From Candidatus Lambdaproteobacteria bacterium RIFOXYD2_FULL_56_26 (GTDB lineage: Bacteria > SAR324 > XYD2-FULL-50-16): DNA of 64,000 bases. Shown piece after piece: positions 41,402 to 51,874 of this stretch (the first letter of the stretch is position 1; every line of letters begins with the position of its first letter). Location: contig MFNF01000061.1 of NCBI GenBank assembly GCA_001783715.1, forward strand, positions 6,722 through 70,721, in the 5' to 3' direction. The notes below the pieces were generated by a model. It saw nothing but the letters and a program-made list of their open reading frames with translations. It was not told the origin of the DNA and searched no databases. Both the position numbers and the translations under genes were made by a program.

Positions 41402-41431
41402 CACGGCCAGGGGTTGGCCCAAGCAAAAGGC

Positions 41432-41462
41432 AAAAAAAAGCCCCCGGAAGGAGGCTTTTTTG
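41432..41462. terminator. putative weak bidirectional terminator between the GGDEF remnant and clpX
   Basis: aaaaaaaagcc-cccggaagga-ggcttttttg: ~8-bp stem (mostly A:U) flanked by an A-run and a T-run. Confidence 0.25.
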
Positions 41463-41490
41463 TCTGCACCTGCTGGAACGGCCTAGCACT

Positions 41491-42735
41491 CTAGCTGGCT
41501 TTGTTGGCAGCGTCTTTTTTGTACAGGATCAGAGGTTCTTTTTTCCCTTCGATCACTTCCCGATCCATGACGATCTCTTCGATGTTGGTCACCGAAGGGG
41601 CTTCATACATGGTTTCCAACATACAGTCTTCCATGATCGCCCGCAGGCCCCTGGCCCCGGTGCGCCGTTCGATCGCCCGTTTGGCAATGGCCCGGATTGC
41701 GTCGTCCTTAAACACCATCTTGACCCCATCCATGGCCAAGAGGCTGGCATACTGGCGGGTCAAGGCGTTTTTGGGTTCCTTCATGATCCTGACCAAGTCT
41801 TCTTCGGTCAGGTCTTCCAAAGTGGTGACCACCGGCAACCGGCCCACAAATTCGGGGATCAGCCCGTACTTGAGCAGGTCTTCGGTTTCCACTTCGTTCA
41901 AAACCGAGGTGACCTTGCTTTGGTCGGTTTCCACCAGTTTGGCCCCAAAGCCCATGGACTTTTTCCCGATCCTCTCGTTGATCACGCCGTCCAGGCCCAC
42001 AAAGGCCCCGCCGCAGATAAAGAGGATGTTGGAGGTGTCCACCTGCAAAAATTCCTGTTGGGGATGTTTGCGACCCCCTTGGGGCGGGATGTTGGCCACA
42101 GTGCCCTCAATGATCTTGAGCAGCGCCTGTTGTACCCCTTCCCCGGATACGTCCCTGGTGATGGAGACGTTTTCGCTTTTCCTGGTGATCTTGTCGATCT
42201 CGTCGATGTAAACGATCCCCTTTTGGGCTTGCTCGATGTCGTAGTCCGAGGCTTGCAGCAGCTTGAGGATGATGTTTTCCACGTCTTCGCCGACATAACC
42301 GGCTTCGGTCAAGGTGGTGGCATCGGCCATGGCAAACGGAACCTTGAGGATCCGGGCCAAGGTCTGGGCCAGCAGGGTCTTGCCGGTCCCGGTGGGGCCG
42401 ATCAAAAGCACGTTGGACTTGGCCAGTTCAACCTCCCCCGCCTTGGGGGGGTAGTAGATTTTTTTGTAATGGTTGTAAACCGCAACCGCCAAAACCTTTT
42501 TGGCTTCGTCCTGGCCGATCACGTACTCATCAAGGATCGATTTGATCTCTTTGGGCTTACGAAGCTCCAGGCCGGATTCGGAGGGTTTTTCCTTGGCCCT
42601 CTCCTCTTCGATAATGTCGTTGCACAAGGCGATACATTCATCGCAGATATAGACCGCAGGTCCGGCGATGATCTTCTCGACCTCTTCTTGGCTTTTGCCG
42701 CAAAATGAACATCGAAGCGTGGTTTCTTTTGCCAT
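41491..42735 (-). CDS. clpX: ATP-dependent Clp protease ATP-binding subunit ClpX
   Basis: C4 zinc-finger (CSFCGK...CDEC), Walker [12 protein letters not shown]-type loop (MGFG); 414 aa. Confidence 0.95.
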   Translation of the reverse strand: MAKETTLRCSFCGKSQEEVEKIIAGPAVYICDECIALCNDIIEEERAKEKPSESGLELRKPKEIKSILDEYVIGQDEAKKVLAVAVYNHYKKIYYPPKAGEVELAKSNVLLIGPTGTGKTLLAQTLARILKVPFAMADATTLTEAGYVGEDVENIILKLLQASDYDIEQAQKGIVYIDEIDKITRKSENVSITRDVSGEGVQQALLKIIEGTVANIPPQGGRKHPQQEFLQVDTSNILFICGGAFVGLDGVINERIGKKSMGFGAKLVETDQSKVTSVLNEVETEDLLKYGLIPEFVGRLPVVTTLEDLTEEDLVRIMKEPKNALTRQYASLLAMDGVKMVFKDDAIRAIAKRAIERRTGARGLRAIMEDCMLETMYEAPSVTNIEEIVMDREVIEGKKEPLILYKKDAANKAS

Positions 42736-42755
42736 GAGAGGGCCTCTGTGGAATC

Positions 42756-43337
42756 TTAAGTTCGTTTTTCCATGGTCACGTCCACCAAGCCATATTTTAC
42801 CGCTTCATCGGCGGTAAGGAAATAGTCCCGTTCGGTGTCGTTTTGGATCTTTTTGAGATCCTGTCCGGTGTGCTGTACCAGAATGTCGTTGATGCGGTTC
42901 TTGACCCGAACGTTTTCCTTGGTTTGGATCTCGATGTCCGCCGCTTGACCTCCAATACCGCCGATCGGCTGGCGCAAATGGATCGTAGCATTAGGCAATG
43001 CAATTCTCTTTCCTTTTGTCCCACAAGCCATCAAAAGGGCGGCAATGTTCCTCGCTTGGCCGATGCAGATGGTTTGCACCTGGGGCCTAATGTACTGCAA
43101 GGTGTCGTAGATCGCCAACCCGGCGTTGACCGATCCGCCATAGGAGTTAATGTAAAGGCTGATGTCCGCATCCGGCTTGTCTGCCTCCAAAAACAACAAC
43201 TGGGCGATGACCACGTTGGCGCTGTAGGTGTTGATCTCCTCTCCCAAGAAGATGATCCGGTCCTTGAGCAGCCGAGAGTAAATATCATAGGTCCGCTCCC
43301 CCCGGTTGGTCTGTTCGATTACGTACGGGATGGTCAT
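42756..43337 (-). CDS. ClpP-family protein lacking the catalytic Ser and His (ClpR-like, predicted proteolytically inactive)
   Basis: Full-length ClpP fold in the canonical tig-clpP-clpX position, but the GQAASMG nucleophile motif reads GQARNIAA (codons gcg agg aac att gcc gcc) and the catalytic His position is Arg (NATIHLRQP); Asp retained. Confidence 0.8.
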   Translation of the reverse strand: MTIPYVIEQTNRGERTYDIYSRLLKDRIIFLGEEINTYSANVVIAQLLFLEADKPDADISLYINSYGGSVNAGLAIYDTLQYIRPQVQTICIGQARNIAALLMACGTKGKRIALPNATIHLRQPIGGIGGQAADIEIQTKENVRVKNRINDILVQHTGQDLKKIQNDTERDYFLTADEAVKYGLVDVTMEKRT

Positions 43338-44587
43338 GTGAGCAACTCTTTGGAAAGGTGATCCAAAACCGCTTCTTCGGCCATGGACTGGTAAACGTCG
43401 TTGTAAAACTGGCGGCCATAGTCGGTGCGCAGCAGTTCATTGGGGTTTTGGCCCATCATGCCTGCCTGCATGGAGAAACGTCGCCAGACTTCGTTGTCTT
43501 CGGGGGTGATCTTGTTGTCTTCGAGGTACCGGTGGATGTAGCGGTTGAGTCGCAGGTAGTCTTCCGCTTCCTTTTGCGCCAAAGGCCGCAATTCCGCTTC
43601 TTCCTTGCCCTTGTTTTGGGGGGATTGGGTCAGCTGGTGGAGCCGAAAGCCCACCTCGCTTTCAAGTAGGGAAGGGGGCACAACAAAGTTCAGGTGCCCG
43701 GCCAGTTGGGAGCGCAGCGCTTCCCGGTACTGGTTGGCCCGTTCCCGTTCCTTGATGCCCAAGAGTTCCTTTTCGATCAGCTGGTCAAAATCGGCTTCGG
43801 TCTTGATCGACTCGCCGTACCGGGCCAAAAAGGCGGCATCCAGGGCGGGCAACTGGCGGGTTTTGACTTCCTTGAGCTCAACCTTAAAATGGGCTTTTTT
43901 GTCCTTAAACCGGTCTTCGGGGTGGTCGGCAGGCAACTGGGCATCAAATTCCTTGGATTCCCCGGCCTTCATACCCACCAAGGCGGTCTCAAAGGCTTCG
44001 ATCAGTTGGCCGTTGCCCAAAACGGCGATAAAATCCTTTTGTTCAACCTCTTCTTCGTCTTCGGTCTTGCCGGTGAAATCAAGTTTCAGTTGGTCCCCGG
44101 TTGCGGCAGCGCCGTCCTTGGGGGAGAGTTCCGCCGCCCGGCCCAAATGGCCGTCCTTGCGGGCCTTTTTCTCGCTTTCGGTCAAGGAGAGTTCTTCCTT
44201 TTTGAGGGCCAAGAGGGATTTGGCGGGCATCTCAAAGTCCGGCCAGACCTCGAAGGTGGCGCTGAACACAAAGGGTTTGCCCTTTTCGACTTGGAGGTCG
44301 GAAAACTCGGGGTTCACCGCCGGAGCCAATTTTTCCTGGACCACCGCCTTTTGGTAGTACTGGGGGACCAGGGTTTCCATGGCCTCTTCCTGCATGTACT
44401 TGGAGAACCGCTTTTCCAACAGGCCCTGGGGCATCTTGCCCTTGCGGAATCCATTGATCTTGACCTTGGGCTTGAGCTGGTTGGAAACCTTCTCGTAAGC
44501 CGTTTCCACGTCCTTGGCCGGGACGGTGATGGTCAATTTGTTTTTAAGGTTGCCGAGGTCTTCCCGTTTGACGTTCAATGGTTCCAT
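43334..44587 (-). CDS. tig: trigger factor
   Basis: 417 aa with N-terminal ribosome-binding domain (GFRKGK), central FKBP-type PPIase and C-terminal arm. Confidence 0.9.
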   Translation of the reverse strand: MEPLNVKREDLGNLKNKLTITVPAKDVETAYEKVSNQLKPKVKINGFRKGKMPQGLLEKRFSKYMQEEAMETLVPQYYQKAVVQEKLAPAVNPEFSDLQVEKGKPFVFSATFEVWPDFEMPAKSLLALKKEELSLTESEKKARKDGHLGRAAELSPKDGAAATGDQLKLDFTGKTEDEEEVEQKDFIAVLGNGQLIEAFETALVGMKAGESKEFDAQLPADHPEDRFKDKKAHFKVELKEVKTRQLPALDAAFLARYGESIKTEADFDQLIEKELLGIKERERANQYREALRSQLAGHLNFVVPPSLLESEVGFRLHQLTQSPQNKGKEEAELRPLAQKEAEDYLRLNRYIHRYLEDNKITPEDNEVWRRFSMQAGMMGQNPNELLRTDYGRQFYNDVYQSMAEEAVLDHLSKELLT

Positions 44588-44791
44588 CTAAGCCGAGCCT
44601 GCAAAAAAGGGGTGTTCTTCCGGTAATTGGGGTAAGGGGATAGGATCGGTTTTTTTGCCCAAAAAGTCAATTCCTTTGGGTCAAACCGGCCTTTTGAGGT
44701 AGGCCTGCCGGGGAAGAACCCCCAGGTCCGGGGGGCGGTTTTGGGTGGGGCGGGGTAGGGAAAATGGGGACGAGGGCAGAAAAAGCTTCCC

Positions 44792-45517
44792 TCAAGTAAA
44801 ATGCTGCCGCCGAAATCCCCAATAAGCCAGCCCCATCCCGGCGGTCATCAGGGAGGAAAAAAGCAGGGCATCCAGCTCAAACCAAACCCAACCCACCGCA
44901 CCCAACAACCCTCCGGTAAAAAACCCGGCCAACAGACTCAAGTGCAGCTCAATCCGGCTCCATTCAAACTCCCGGTTCTTCACCCCCCGGCCCAGTTCCA
45001 AGCCAATGTCGGTCAAGACCCCGGTCAGGTGAGTGGTGCGGATCACCACTTTGGAGTAGGCGGTAAACAGGCCGTTTTGGACCCCGCAAGCGAAGCTCAA
45101 GGGGTAGATCCCCGCCAAGGGATCCAGCAAAAAGACCCGGTGGGCCGCCAGGATCACCACCGATTCGCCGATCAGTACATACCCGTACCGCTTGTGGGGC
45201 TCGAAAAGCCCCCCGCCGACCGCCAGCCCGCTGGTAAAGGCACCCAACAGGAAAAAGGCCAAGGTCAACAGATAAAACTGGACCTCCTGCCCGCCCAAGA
45301 CTAACTGAAGGCTCAAGTGGCTGACCGTGCCGGTGACATGGCTGACCCCCATGTGCAGGGGCTGCATGATCGAAAGCAGGTTGATCATCCCGGCGTTGAA
45401 GCTCAGGGAAAAACCCAAAAGGTGGGGGACAAACTTTAAGATCGGGGGTTCCAATGACTTCTGACCCCTCCCAAGGGAATGGTTGACCGGAAGAAACCTG
45501 TCTTGCAACTCTTTCAA
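44792..45517 (-). CDS. integral membrane protein, possibly DUF1275/YoaK-like
   Basis: Six predicted TM helices with Gly-rich helix faces; family assignment tentative; start likely internal. Confidence 0.35.
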   Translation of the reverse strand: MKELQDRFLPVNHSLGRGQKSLEPPILKFVPHLLGFSLSFNAGMINLLSIMQPLHMGVSHVTGTVSHLSLQLVLGGQEVQFYLLTLAFFLLGAFTSGLAVGGGLFEPHKRYGYVLIGESVVILAAHRVFLLDPLAGIYPLSFACGVQNGLFTAYSKVVIRTTHLTGVLTDIGLELGRGVKNREFEWSRIELHLSLLAGFFTGGLLGAVGWVWFELDALLFSSLMTAGMGLAYWGFRRQHFT

Positions 45518-45751
45518 ATCTCCAGTCCAAAGTCAACCTGTGCCCGGCCCGGAGCCGCCCTCAAGGGTGGCCAAAAACCCGGTTTTGGGTCCTGGGACAC
45601 CCCTTGGGGGCCAGCGGCCCCGCCTCGGGCCTGCAAAGCCCCAAAACCATCGTCGGCCAAGGCCTACCGGAAGGCCAAAAAAGAAGGTTCCAGCCCAGAA
45701 AATTGGTTTATTTCTTGAATCACCGGTAAGGTTCGCTCTCCTTTTTTTTGG

Positions 45752-46804
45752 TTGCCGATGAAAAACAAACTGGGTCTGTGCTTGCTCTTTGCCTTGGGCT
45801 GGGTGGGTCAGAGCCTCGCCTTGGAACCAGGGCACCTGCGCTACAGCGTCCGGGCGCTGGGGATGGGCAACGCTTACCTGGGGGTAGGGACCGACTCGAC
45901 CGCCCTTTATTACAACCCCGCCGGGCTTGGTTTGGCCAAAGTTTGGAATTTCCAGGTTCTGAACCTGGAGGCCACCGGGAGCGACAAACTCTTGGAATTG
46001 GCGGGCGGAGACCTGAACAGCGCCTTGAGCAATCTGGCGGGCCACAAGGTTTACGGGGATGTGGTGGTCGAGGCCAGCGCCGGTGGACCGGGGTTTGCCG
46101 TTTCGACCTTCAACGGAGGGCTGCTGGACCTCAAGGTGGATAACCCGGTGGTGCCTTACGCCCAATTTTTGGCCTACACCCAAAGGGGTACGGTGCTGGG
46201 GTTTGCCGGGGGCACCGACTGGAACTGGGGCTTGAGTTTGGGCCAAGTGACCCGTGAGGGCACCAGCGGCTCGGCCCACATCATGAACCTGATGGACCAA
46301 GCTTACATTGATGGGGTGACCCAAAACCTGGAGACCAAAACCGCCACCTTGGCCAACTTCGGCCTTTTGCGGCCCCTCAAGCTGGGGATGTTTGACGAGG
46401 CCCATCTGGCGGCGGTTTGGCGGGGCGGGATGGACTTTGGCCTGGCAGGCCAGCTCAAGCCTCAGCTGGACCTCGGCTTTGCCGGCAAGGGGGTGTTGGT
46501 GGGGATGGACTGGATTCTGGCCGCCGACTGGGTGGACCTGAACCGGGCCAACAATCCCGAAGGCAGCTACTTGAGTCATTTGAACCTGGGCACCGAATTG
46601 GGGGCTTGGAGCCAGCCCAACGGCACCCCGGCTTTGGCTCTGCGAGCGGGGTTCAAGGGGCCGTATCCCTGTGTGGGTTGGACTTTGAATCCCCCTTATC
46701 TGCCCCTCACCTTGGTTTATGCCTCCTGGTCCGAAGAGATCGGCACCGAGGCCGGGGATGTCCAGGACTCCAGGAAAAGCCTGGACCTGTCGATCAACTT
46801 TTAG
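45752..46804 (+). CDS. hypothetical outer-membrane beta-barrel protein
   Basis: Signal peptide, alternating amphipathic strands, C-terminal F (…LSINF). Confidence 0.4.
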   Translation: MPMKNKLGLCLLFALGWVGQSLALEPGHLRYSVRALGMGNAYLGVGTDSTALYYNPAGLGLAKVWNFQVLNLEATGSDKLLELAGGDLNSALSNLAGHKVYGDVVVEASAGGPGFAVSTFNGGLLDLKVDNPVVPYAQFLAYTQRGTVLGFAGGTDWNWGLSLGQVTREGTSGSAHIMNLMDQAYIDGVTQNLETKTATLANFGLLRPLKLGMFDEAHLAAVWRGGMDFGLAGQLKPQLDLGFAGKGVLVGMDWILAADWVDLNRANNPEGSYLSHLNLGTELGAWSQPNGTPALALRAGFKGPYPCVGWTLNPPYLPLTLVYASWSEEIGTEAGDVQDSRKSLDLSINF

Positions 46805-46816
46805 CCGAAGGCACCT

Positions 46817-48156
46817 TTGGGTTTGCAGAAGGTCGGTTTCACCCTGGGTTTGGTCCTACTGCTCTTTGGTTGCAAAGGGCAGGTGCAGGACAGCTGTGCC
46901 AAACGGCTCAACCAAAGGGAGTTTGCTTCGGTCGCCGCCGACAGCAAATGCACCACCTGGGAACAAGCCTCCGGGGAATTGGGGCTGGCGGGTTTTGTGC
47001 TTTCCAATCTGGTCGCCGATGGGGCGACGGACAACCTACGCAGCGCCCTGGGCATCGGCCCCGAGGTCACCGAGTTTAAAACCTGGGCCGGTCGCACCCA
47101 CTACCAAAATGCCCAGCGGTTGACCGGCAGTACGGTCGGGGCGGCGTATGAAGGCCAAAGCCGGAGTTTGGCGGACATAGAGCTGCACTTTTTTGCCAAC
47201 CTGGGCAACATCCTGGCCCAAAGCTACATCCTCCTCGATTCCAGCGCCGACGGGGCCATCAGCAACGAAGAGATTTTGACCGCCACCAGCCTCAACTCCA
47301 GCAGCTCCAGCACCTTCGGCCAAAACGTGATGACCGATTCGGGGAAGTTGCAGTTCACCAACTCCACCGGTACCACCTACCTTTTGGACTTGGCTCACGG
47401 GTACTGTGAAACCGACCCCAACCTGGACGGGGTCTGGGGGGGCAGCACTGCCAGCATCGAGGGTTGCCTGATCACCGCCGCCGACTTGGCCCAAGCGAGC
47501 GGGGGCAGCTTGAGCCTTTCTGGGCCTTGTGCTATGGTGATCCAAATTGACTCGGTGCAAAGTCTTTTTACCAAACGGCTCAGCCAAGACGACCCGGTCC
47601 TGGACCTCAGCTCAGCCTTGGTGCAGGGCTTTGACAGGATGGACGAGGACCTGAGCGCCTTAGACATCAGCACCGATGCCCAGATCCGCCAAACCTTGGC
47701 CGATCTGACCCAAACCCTGGACAACGGGGCCACCTGCGGTTCAACCCAGGGGCCACCTGCGGTTCAACCCAACTGACCGAGGTCAACCAGATCCGCAACC
47801 TGATCGAGGCTTCAGCCCTGATCGCCCAGTCCACCTATGGCAGCTACAACAAGGTCGCCCTTTCGACCATGCAGTCCAGCTCCGACCAGACCATCACCGC
47901 CCCCAGTTTTACGGTCACCGTCAGCGGGGTCCAGGTGAGCCTGTCTTGCACCAATGCCAGCAACTTGGATGCCCGGATGATCTACAAAAATGCCGCCGGT
48001 ACCGGCTATGTCCCTTACCTGGAAGGGGCGACCACCAACATCATTGATGCCTTCGTGAACTTGATGATCCTGGAGCGGGATTCCTTGGGTGCCTTCAAGC
48101 CCACCGTCGCCGGGGACGGGATTGTGAGTTTCAAGGAATTGCTTTGTGTCCAGTAA
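46817..48156 (+). pseudogene. lipoprotein gene interrupted by a 23-bp tandem duplication (frameshift)
   Basis: ORF 46817-47776 (lipobox LLLFGC) ends just after the duplication; its continuation 47780-48156 is in the frame predicted by a +23-nt insertion; removing one copy restores one ~446-aa ORF. Confidence 0.7.
47725..47770 (+). repeat. perfect 23-bp tandem duplication (ggggccacctgcggttcaaccca x2)
   Basis: Copies at 47725-47747 and 47748-47770 are identical. Confidence 0.9.
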
Positions 48157-48169
48157 TCCTGCCCGTCCC

Positions 48170-48592
48170 TTAGCCCTCCGCCGCCTTTGTGAGCGCCGCC
48201 AGTTCCAGCTTGCCCATCTGCAACAAGGCCCGCATCACCCGGGTATTGCGCTCCGGGTCGGCAGGGTCCATCCAGGCTTCAAAGGCTTTGGGGACAATCT
48301 GCCAGGAAAGCCCATATTTGTCTTTGAGCCAGCCACAAGGCCCCGGCTCCCCTCCTTCACCAAGTTGGTCCCAGTAATAATCCATCTCCTTTTGGTCTTC
48401 ACAGTTGACCACCAAGGAGAGGGCCTCGTTGAACCGGAACAGAGGGCCGCCGTTGAGCGCCATCATCTCTTGGCCACAGAGCAAAAAGCGTAAGGTGAGA
48501 ACCGTTCCCGCCGGTCCGGGACCGGCCTCGGTGTACCGGGACACCGCCAGGACCTGGGAGTTTTCTTGGAAAACCGATAGATAAAAGTCCAC
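48170..48592 (-). CDS. VOC/glyoxalase-fold family protein (PhnB-like)
   Basis: 140 aa resembling the 3-demethylubiquinone-9 3-methyltransferase/PhnB-like VOC domain. Confidence 0.5.
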   Translation of the reverse strand: MDFYLSVFQENSQVLAVSRYTEAGPGPAGTVLTLRFLLCGQEMMALNGGPLFRFNEALSLVVNCEDQKEMDYYWDQLGEGGEPGPCGWLKDKYGLSWQIVPKAFEAWMDPADPERNTRVMRALLQMGKLELAALTKAAEG

Positions 48593-48691
48593 CGCCTCTT
48601 CCGCTTGGTGGTCAAACCAAAGGCAAGGGGTGATCTTGGGACTTTGGAAGTGGCCATGGCCGGCTCCTGGTGGAGGTTGGGGCTGCTTCTC

Positions 48692-49219
48692 TCAGGCCTG
48701 CTCGGCCAGGGTCTTGAGTCGGCTCAGACCAATCTCGAAGTCTCCGCCCACCATTTTGTCCATGTTGAGCAGAAGGCCCATCACCTTGTAAGTGTAGGTG
48801 GATTTCCCGGACAAGGCCCAGGTGACCAAAGTTCCGGCCTCTTGGGGTTTCAGGGTGAACTCCGCCAGATTGGTGGCCGCAAAAGGTTTAAAAAACTGTA
48901 GTTCAATCGAAAGTTGGGTGGGCGCTTGGGACTTAGTGAGGGTCATCCGGCCCGCCCCTACGTTTTTGTTTCCCGACCAACCGTAGGTGGCCCCCACTCC
49001 AGCGGTGGTCTCGCCATAGGTCCGCACCATTTGCGGGTCTTTGTCGTAGGGGGTCCATTGTTCCCATTGCCGGAAGTCGTTGAGTAAACCGAAAATCTGG
49101 TCTGCAGGGGCAGCCATCCAAACCCTTCGTTCCACCAAAAAAAAATTGGGCTTGGTGGCGGCGTAGGCTAGAGGGACGGCAATCAGAAGAGCGAGGGCAG
49201 GCAGGAGAAAGGGGACCAT
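48692..49219 (-). CDS. SRPBCC (START/polyketide-cyclase-like) family protein with signal peptide
   Basis: ~175 aa, N-terminal signal (MVPFLLPALALLIAVPLAYA), SRPBCC-like helix-grip pattern. Confidence 0.5.
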   Translation of the reverse strand: MVPFLLPALALLIAVPLAYAATKPNFFLVERRVWMAAPADQIFGLLNDFRQWEQWTPYDKDPQMVRTYGETTAGVGATYGWSGNKNVGAGRMTLTKSQAPTQLSIELQFFKPFAATNLAEFTLKPQEAGTLVTWALSGKSTYTYKVMGLLLNMDKMVGGDFEIGLSRLKTLAEQA

Positions 49220-49312
49220 TTCTTGACTCCGAAGGCTTGGGTTCGCCTGGAGCCGACAGCGGGAAGGCCCACTCCGCCCCAAGGGCACTGCTTCAAAGGG
49301 AAAGGGAATTTG

Positions 49313-49388
<76 letters not shown>

Positions 49389-49467
49389 AACTTTGGACCC
49401 GGTCTTGGGGACCGGGACCGAAGAGACAACTTCTACGCCAACCAAAATCGCTTCGTCAAGAGGTTGT

Positions 49468-50514
49468 TCAGCCCAAAAGCATGGCATCGCCGTAGGAAAA
49501 AAAACGGTACCCCCGGTCTAAGGCCTGTTTGTATGCCTTTAATACCCTCTCCTGCCCGGCAAAGGCGCAAACCAGCATCAACAAGGTGGACTTGGGCTGG
49601 TGGAAATTGGTGATCAACTGGTCCACCCCTTGGAACCGGTAGGGAGGATAAATAAAAATCCCGGTTTCCCTGGCTCCCTGGACCAGCTCCCCTCCTTGCA
49701 AACTGGACTCGATGGCCCGCAGGGTGGTGGTGCCCAAGGCAACCACTTTGCGGCCCTGGGCCTTGGCTTGGTTAAACGCCAAAGCGGTGGCTTCGGGAAT
49801 GGTCACCCGCTCCAGGTGCATCTGGTGCTCACTCACCTCTTCAACCCGGACCGGCTCAAAGGTCCCCAGGCCAACCTGGAGGTTCAAGGAGACCACCTCA
49901 ATCTCTCGCTTTTGTAAACCTTCGAGCACCGGCTGGGTCATGTGCAGCCCCGCCGTGGGGGCGGCGACCGCTCCTTTGGTTTTGGCGAAGATGGTTTGGT
50001 AGGATTTTTTGTCTTCCTCCGGGGCAAACTCCTCTTGCCCTCTCGCTTTGAGTAGATAGGGCGGCAAAGGGGCGTAGCCCTGGGCTTCCAGGTCGTCAAA
50101 GAGAGTTTGGGGACTGACAAAAGACAAGATGCCGTCCCCTTCTTCAAATCTCCCTTCAAATTGGGCCAGGATCCGGCCAAAGCCAAATTCCAGCAGCTCC
50201 CCCGGCTTGAGCTTGGCGGCCTTTTTGATCTTGACCACCCAACGCCCTGGGCTCAACTCCCGGACCAGCAAGGCCTCAATCGCTCCGCCCGAAGCTCTTC
50301 GCCCAATGATCCTCGCCGGGATCACCTGGGCATCGTTGACCACCAACAGGCTGCCGGGCTGGAGCAAATTGGGCAGGTCGTAAAAATAAAAATCCAGCGG
50401 CTCCCCCGAACCGGGAGGCAGACGCATCAAGCGGCTGTGGTCCCTAGGCTCCGCTGGAGCGGTGGCAATCGCCCCTTCGGGCAAGGGATAGTCAAACTCG
50501 CTGAGTAGGGGCAT
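49468..50514 (-). CDS. queA: S-adenosylmethionine:tRNA ribosyltransferase-isomerase
   Basis: QueA motifs (DYxLPExxIAxxP, TAGLHMT, PPY, VGTTTLRA). Confidence 0.9.
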   Translation of the reverse strand: MPLLSEFDYPLPEGAIATAPAEPRDHSRLMRLPPGSGEPLDFYFYDLPNLLQPGSLLVVNDAQVIPARIIGRRASGGAIEALLVRELSPGRWVVKIKKAAKLKPGELLEFGFGRILAQFEGRFEEGDGILSFVSPQTLFDDLEAQGYAPLPPYLLKARGQEEFAPEEDKKSYQTIFAKTKGAVAAPTAGLHMTQPVLEGLQKREIEVVSLNLQVGLGTFEPVRVEEVSEHQMHLERVTIPEATALAFNQAKAQGRKVVALGTTTLRAIESSLQGGELVQGARETGIFIYPPYRFQGVDQLITNFHQPKSTLLMLVCAFAGQERVLKAYKQALDRGYRFFSYGDAMLLG

Positions 50515-50521
50515 GGAAACC

Positions 50522-51874
50522 TTAAAAGTCCTCGGCGTAACCCAGGTAGGTTTCGGGCCGCAGGGCCTTGAGCTGCTGCTTGACTTCCAAGGGCAGGTCC
50601 AAGGCTTCCACAAAGGCTTCCAGTTCTTCTTGGCCCACGGTTTTCCCACGGGTCAGCGCCTTGAGCCGCTCATAAGCATCGGGAATCTGGTGGAGCCGCA
50701 TTACCGTTTGGAGCGCCTCGCCCAGCAAGAGCCAGCTGGAGGAAAGTTCCTGTTCCAACACCAAGGGGTTGACCTTGAGTTTGGAGAGACCCTTCAAGAT
50801 CGACTGGTAGGCCAAAAGCCCATACCCCAAAGCGACCCCCATGTTGCGCAACACCGTTGAATCAGTCAGGTCCCGTTGCCAGCGGCTGATGGGCAGCTTT
50901 TGGGCCAAGTGGTCCAGCAGGGCATTGCTGAGCCCCAGGTTGCCTTCGGCGTTTTCAAAGTCGATCGGGTTGATCTTGTGAGGCATGGTACTGCTGCCCA
51001 CCTCCCCGGCCACCGGGATCTGGGTGAACGCTTCGTTGCTGATGTAGCCCCAAAGATCCCGGCAAAAGTCGAGCAGGATCACCTGGGAGCGGATCACCCC
51101 GCCAAACAGTTCGGCCAAATAGTCATGCGGTTCGATCTGGGTGGTGTAGGGGTTGTAGGTCAGCCCCAGGTGACTGACGAACTGGGCGGCAAACCCCCTC
51201 CAATCCATCTGGGGGCAAGCGACTTGGTGGGCGTTGAAGTTGCCGACCGCCCCGTTGATCTTGCCCAGGTATTCCTGGGCTTCCAGCCCCTTGAGCTGCC
51301 GGGACAAACGGGCATAAACGTTGTAAAACTCCTTGCCCATGGTGGTGGGGCTGGCCGGTTGGCCGTGGGTGCGGGCCATCATCGGTACCTTGCGGTAGGC
51401 CTGGGCCATTTCTTCAATCTTGCCGGTCACCTGGATCAACTGGGGCAGGAGTTCTTCCTTGACCCCCGCCTTGACCATCAGACCATAAGCAAGGTTGTTG
51501 ATGTCCTCACTGGTGCAGGCAAAATGGACAAACGGCTTGAGCCCTTCTTGGCCCAGCTGGGTCAACTGCTCGCCGATCCAATATTCCACCGCCTTCACAT
51601 CGTGGTTGGTGGTTTTTTCCAGTTCCTTGACCCGGCTCGCCTGCTGTGGGGTCAGGTGGTGGTACAGCCCTCGCAGCTTGGCACAAAGCTCGTTGGGCAA
51701 GGGGCTCAAGGCGGTAAAATCCGTGTGGGCTCCAAGGCTGATCAGCCATTCCACTTCCACCTGGAGGCGAAACCGGATCAACCCGAATTCCGAAAAGATG
51801 GGCCGCAACGGGGCCAGCTTGGATTCATAGCGCCCGTCCAAGGGGCAAAGGGCGGTCAGAGAGTCGAAGGTCAT
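50522..51874 (-). CDS. purB: adenylosuccinate lyase
   Basis: 450 aa; N-terminal SPLDGRY, fumarate-lyase signature (GSSTMPHKINP). Confidence 0.93.
   Translation of the reverse strand: MTFDSLTALCPLDGRYESKLAPLRPIFSEFGLIRFRLQVEVEWLISLGAHTDFTALSPLPNELCAKLRGLYHHLTPQQASRVKELEKTTNHDVKAVEYWIGEQLTQLGQEGLKPFVHFACTSEDINNLAYGLMVKAGVKEELLPQLIQVTGKIEEMAQAYRKVPMMARTHGQPASPTTMGKEFYNVYARLSRQLKGLEAQEYLGKINGAVGNFNAHQVACPQMDWRGFAAQFVSHLGLTYNPYTTQIEPHDYLAELFGGVIRSQVILLDFCRDLWGYISNEAFTQIPVAGEVGSSTMPHKINPIDFENAEGNLGLSNALLDHLAQKLPISRWQRDLTDSTVLRNMGVALGYGLLAYQSILKGLSKLKVNPLVLEQELSSSWLLLGEALQTVMRLHQIPDAYERLKALTRGKTVGQEELEAFVEALDLPLEVKQQLKALRPETYLGYAEDF

Noticed and set aside
41302-42708. 468-aa + strand ORF overlapping clpX
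   Set aside because: ClpX on the minus strand has its zinc finger and Walker motifs intact; this is an antisense artefact.
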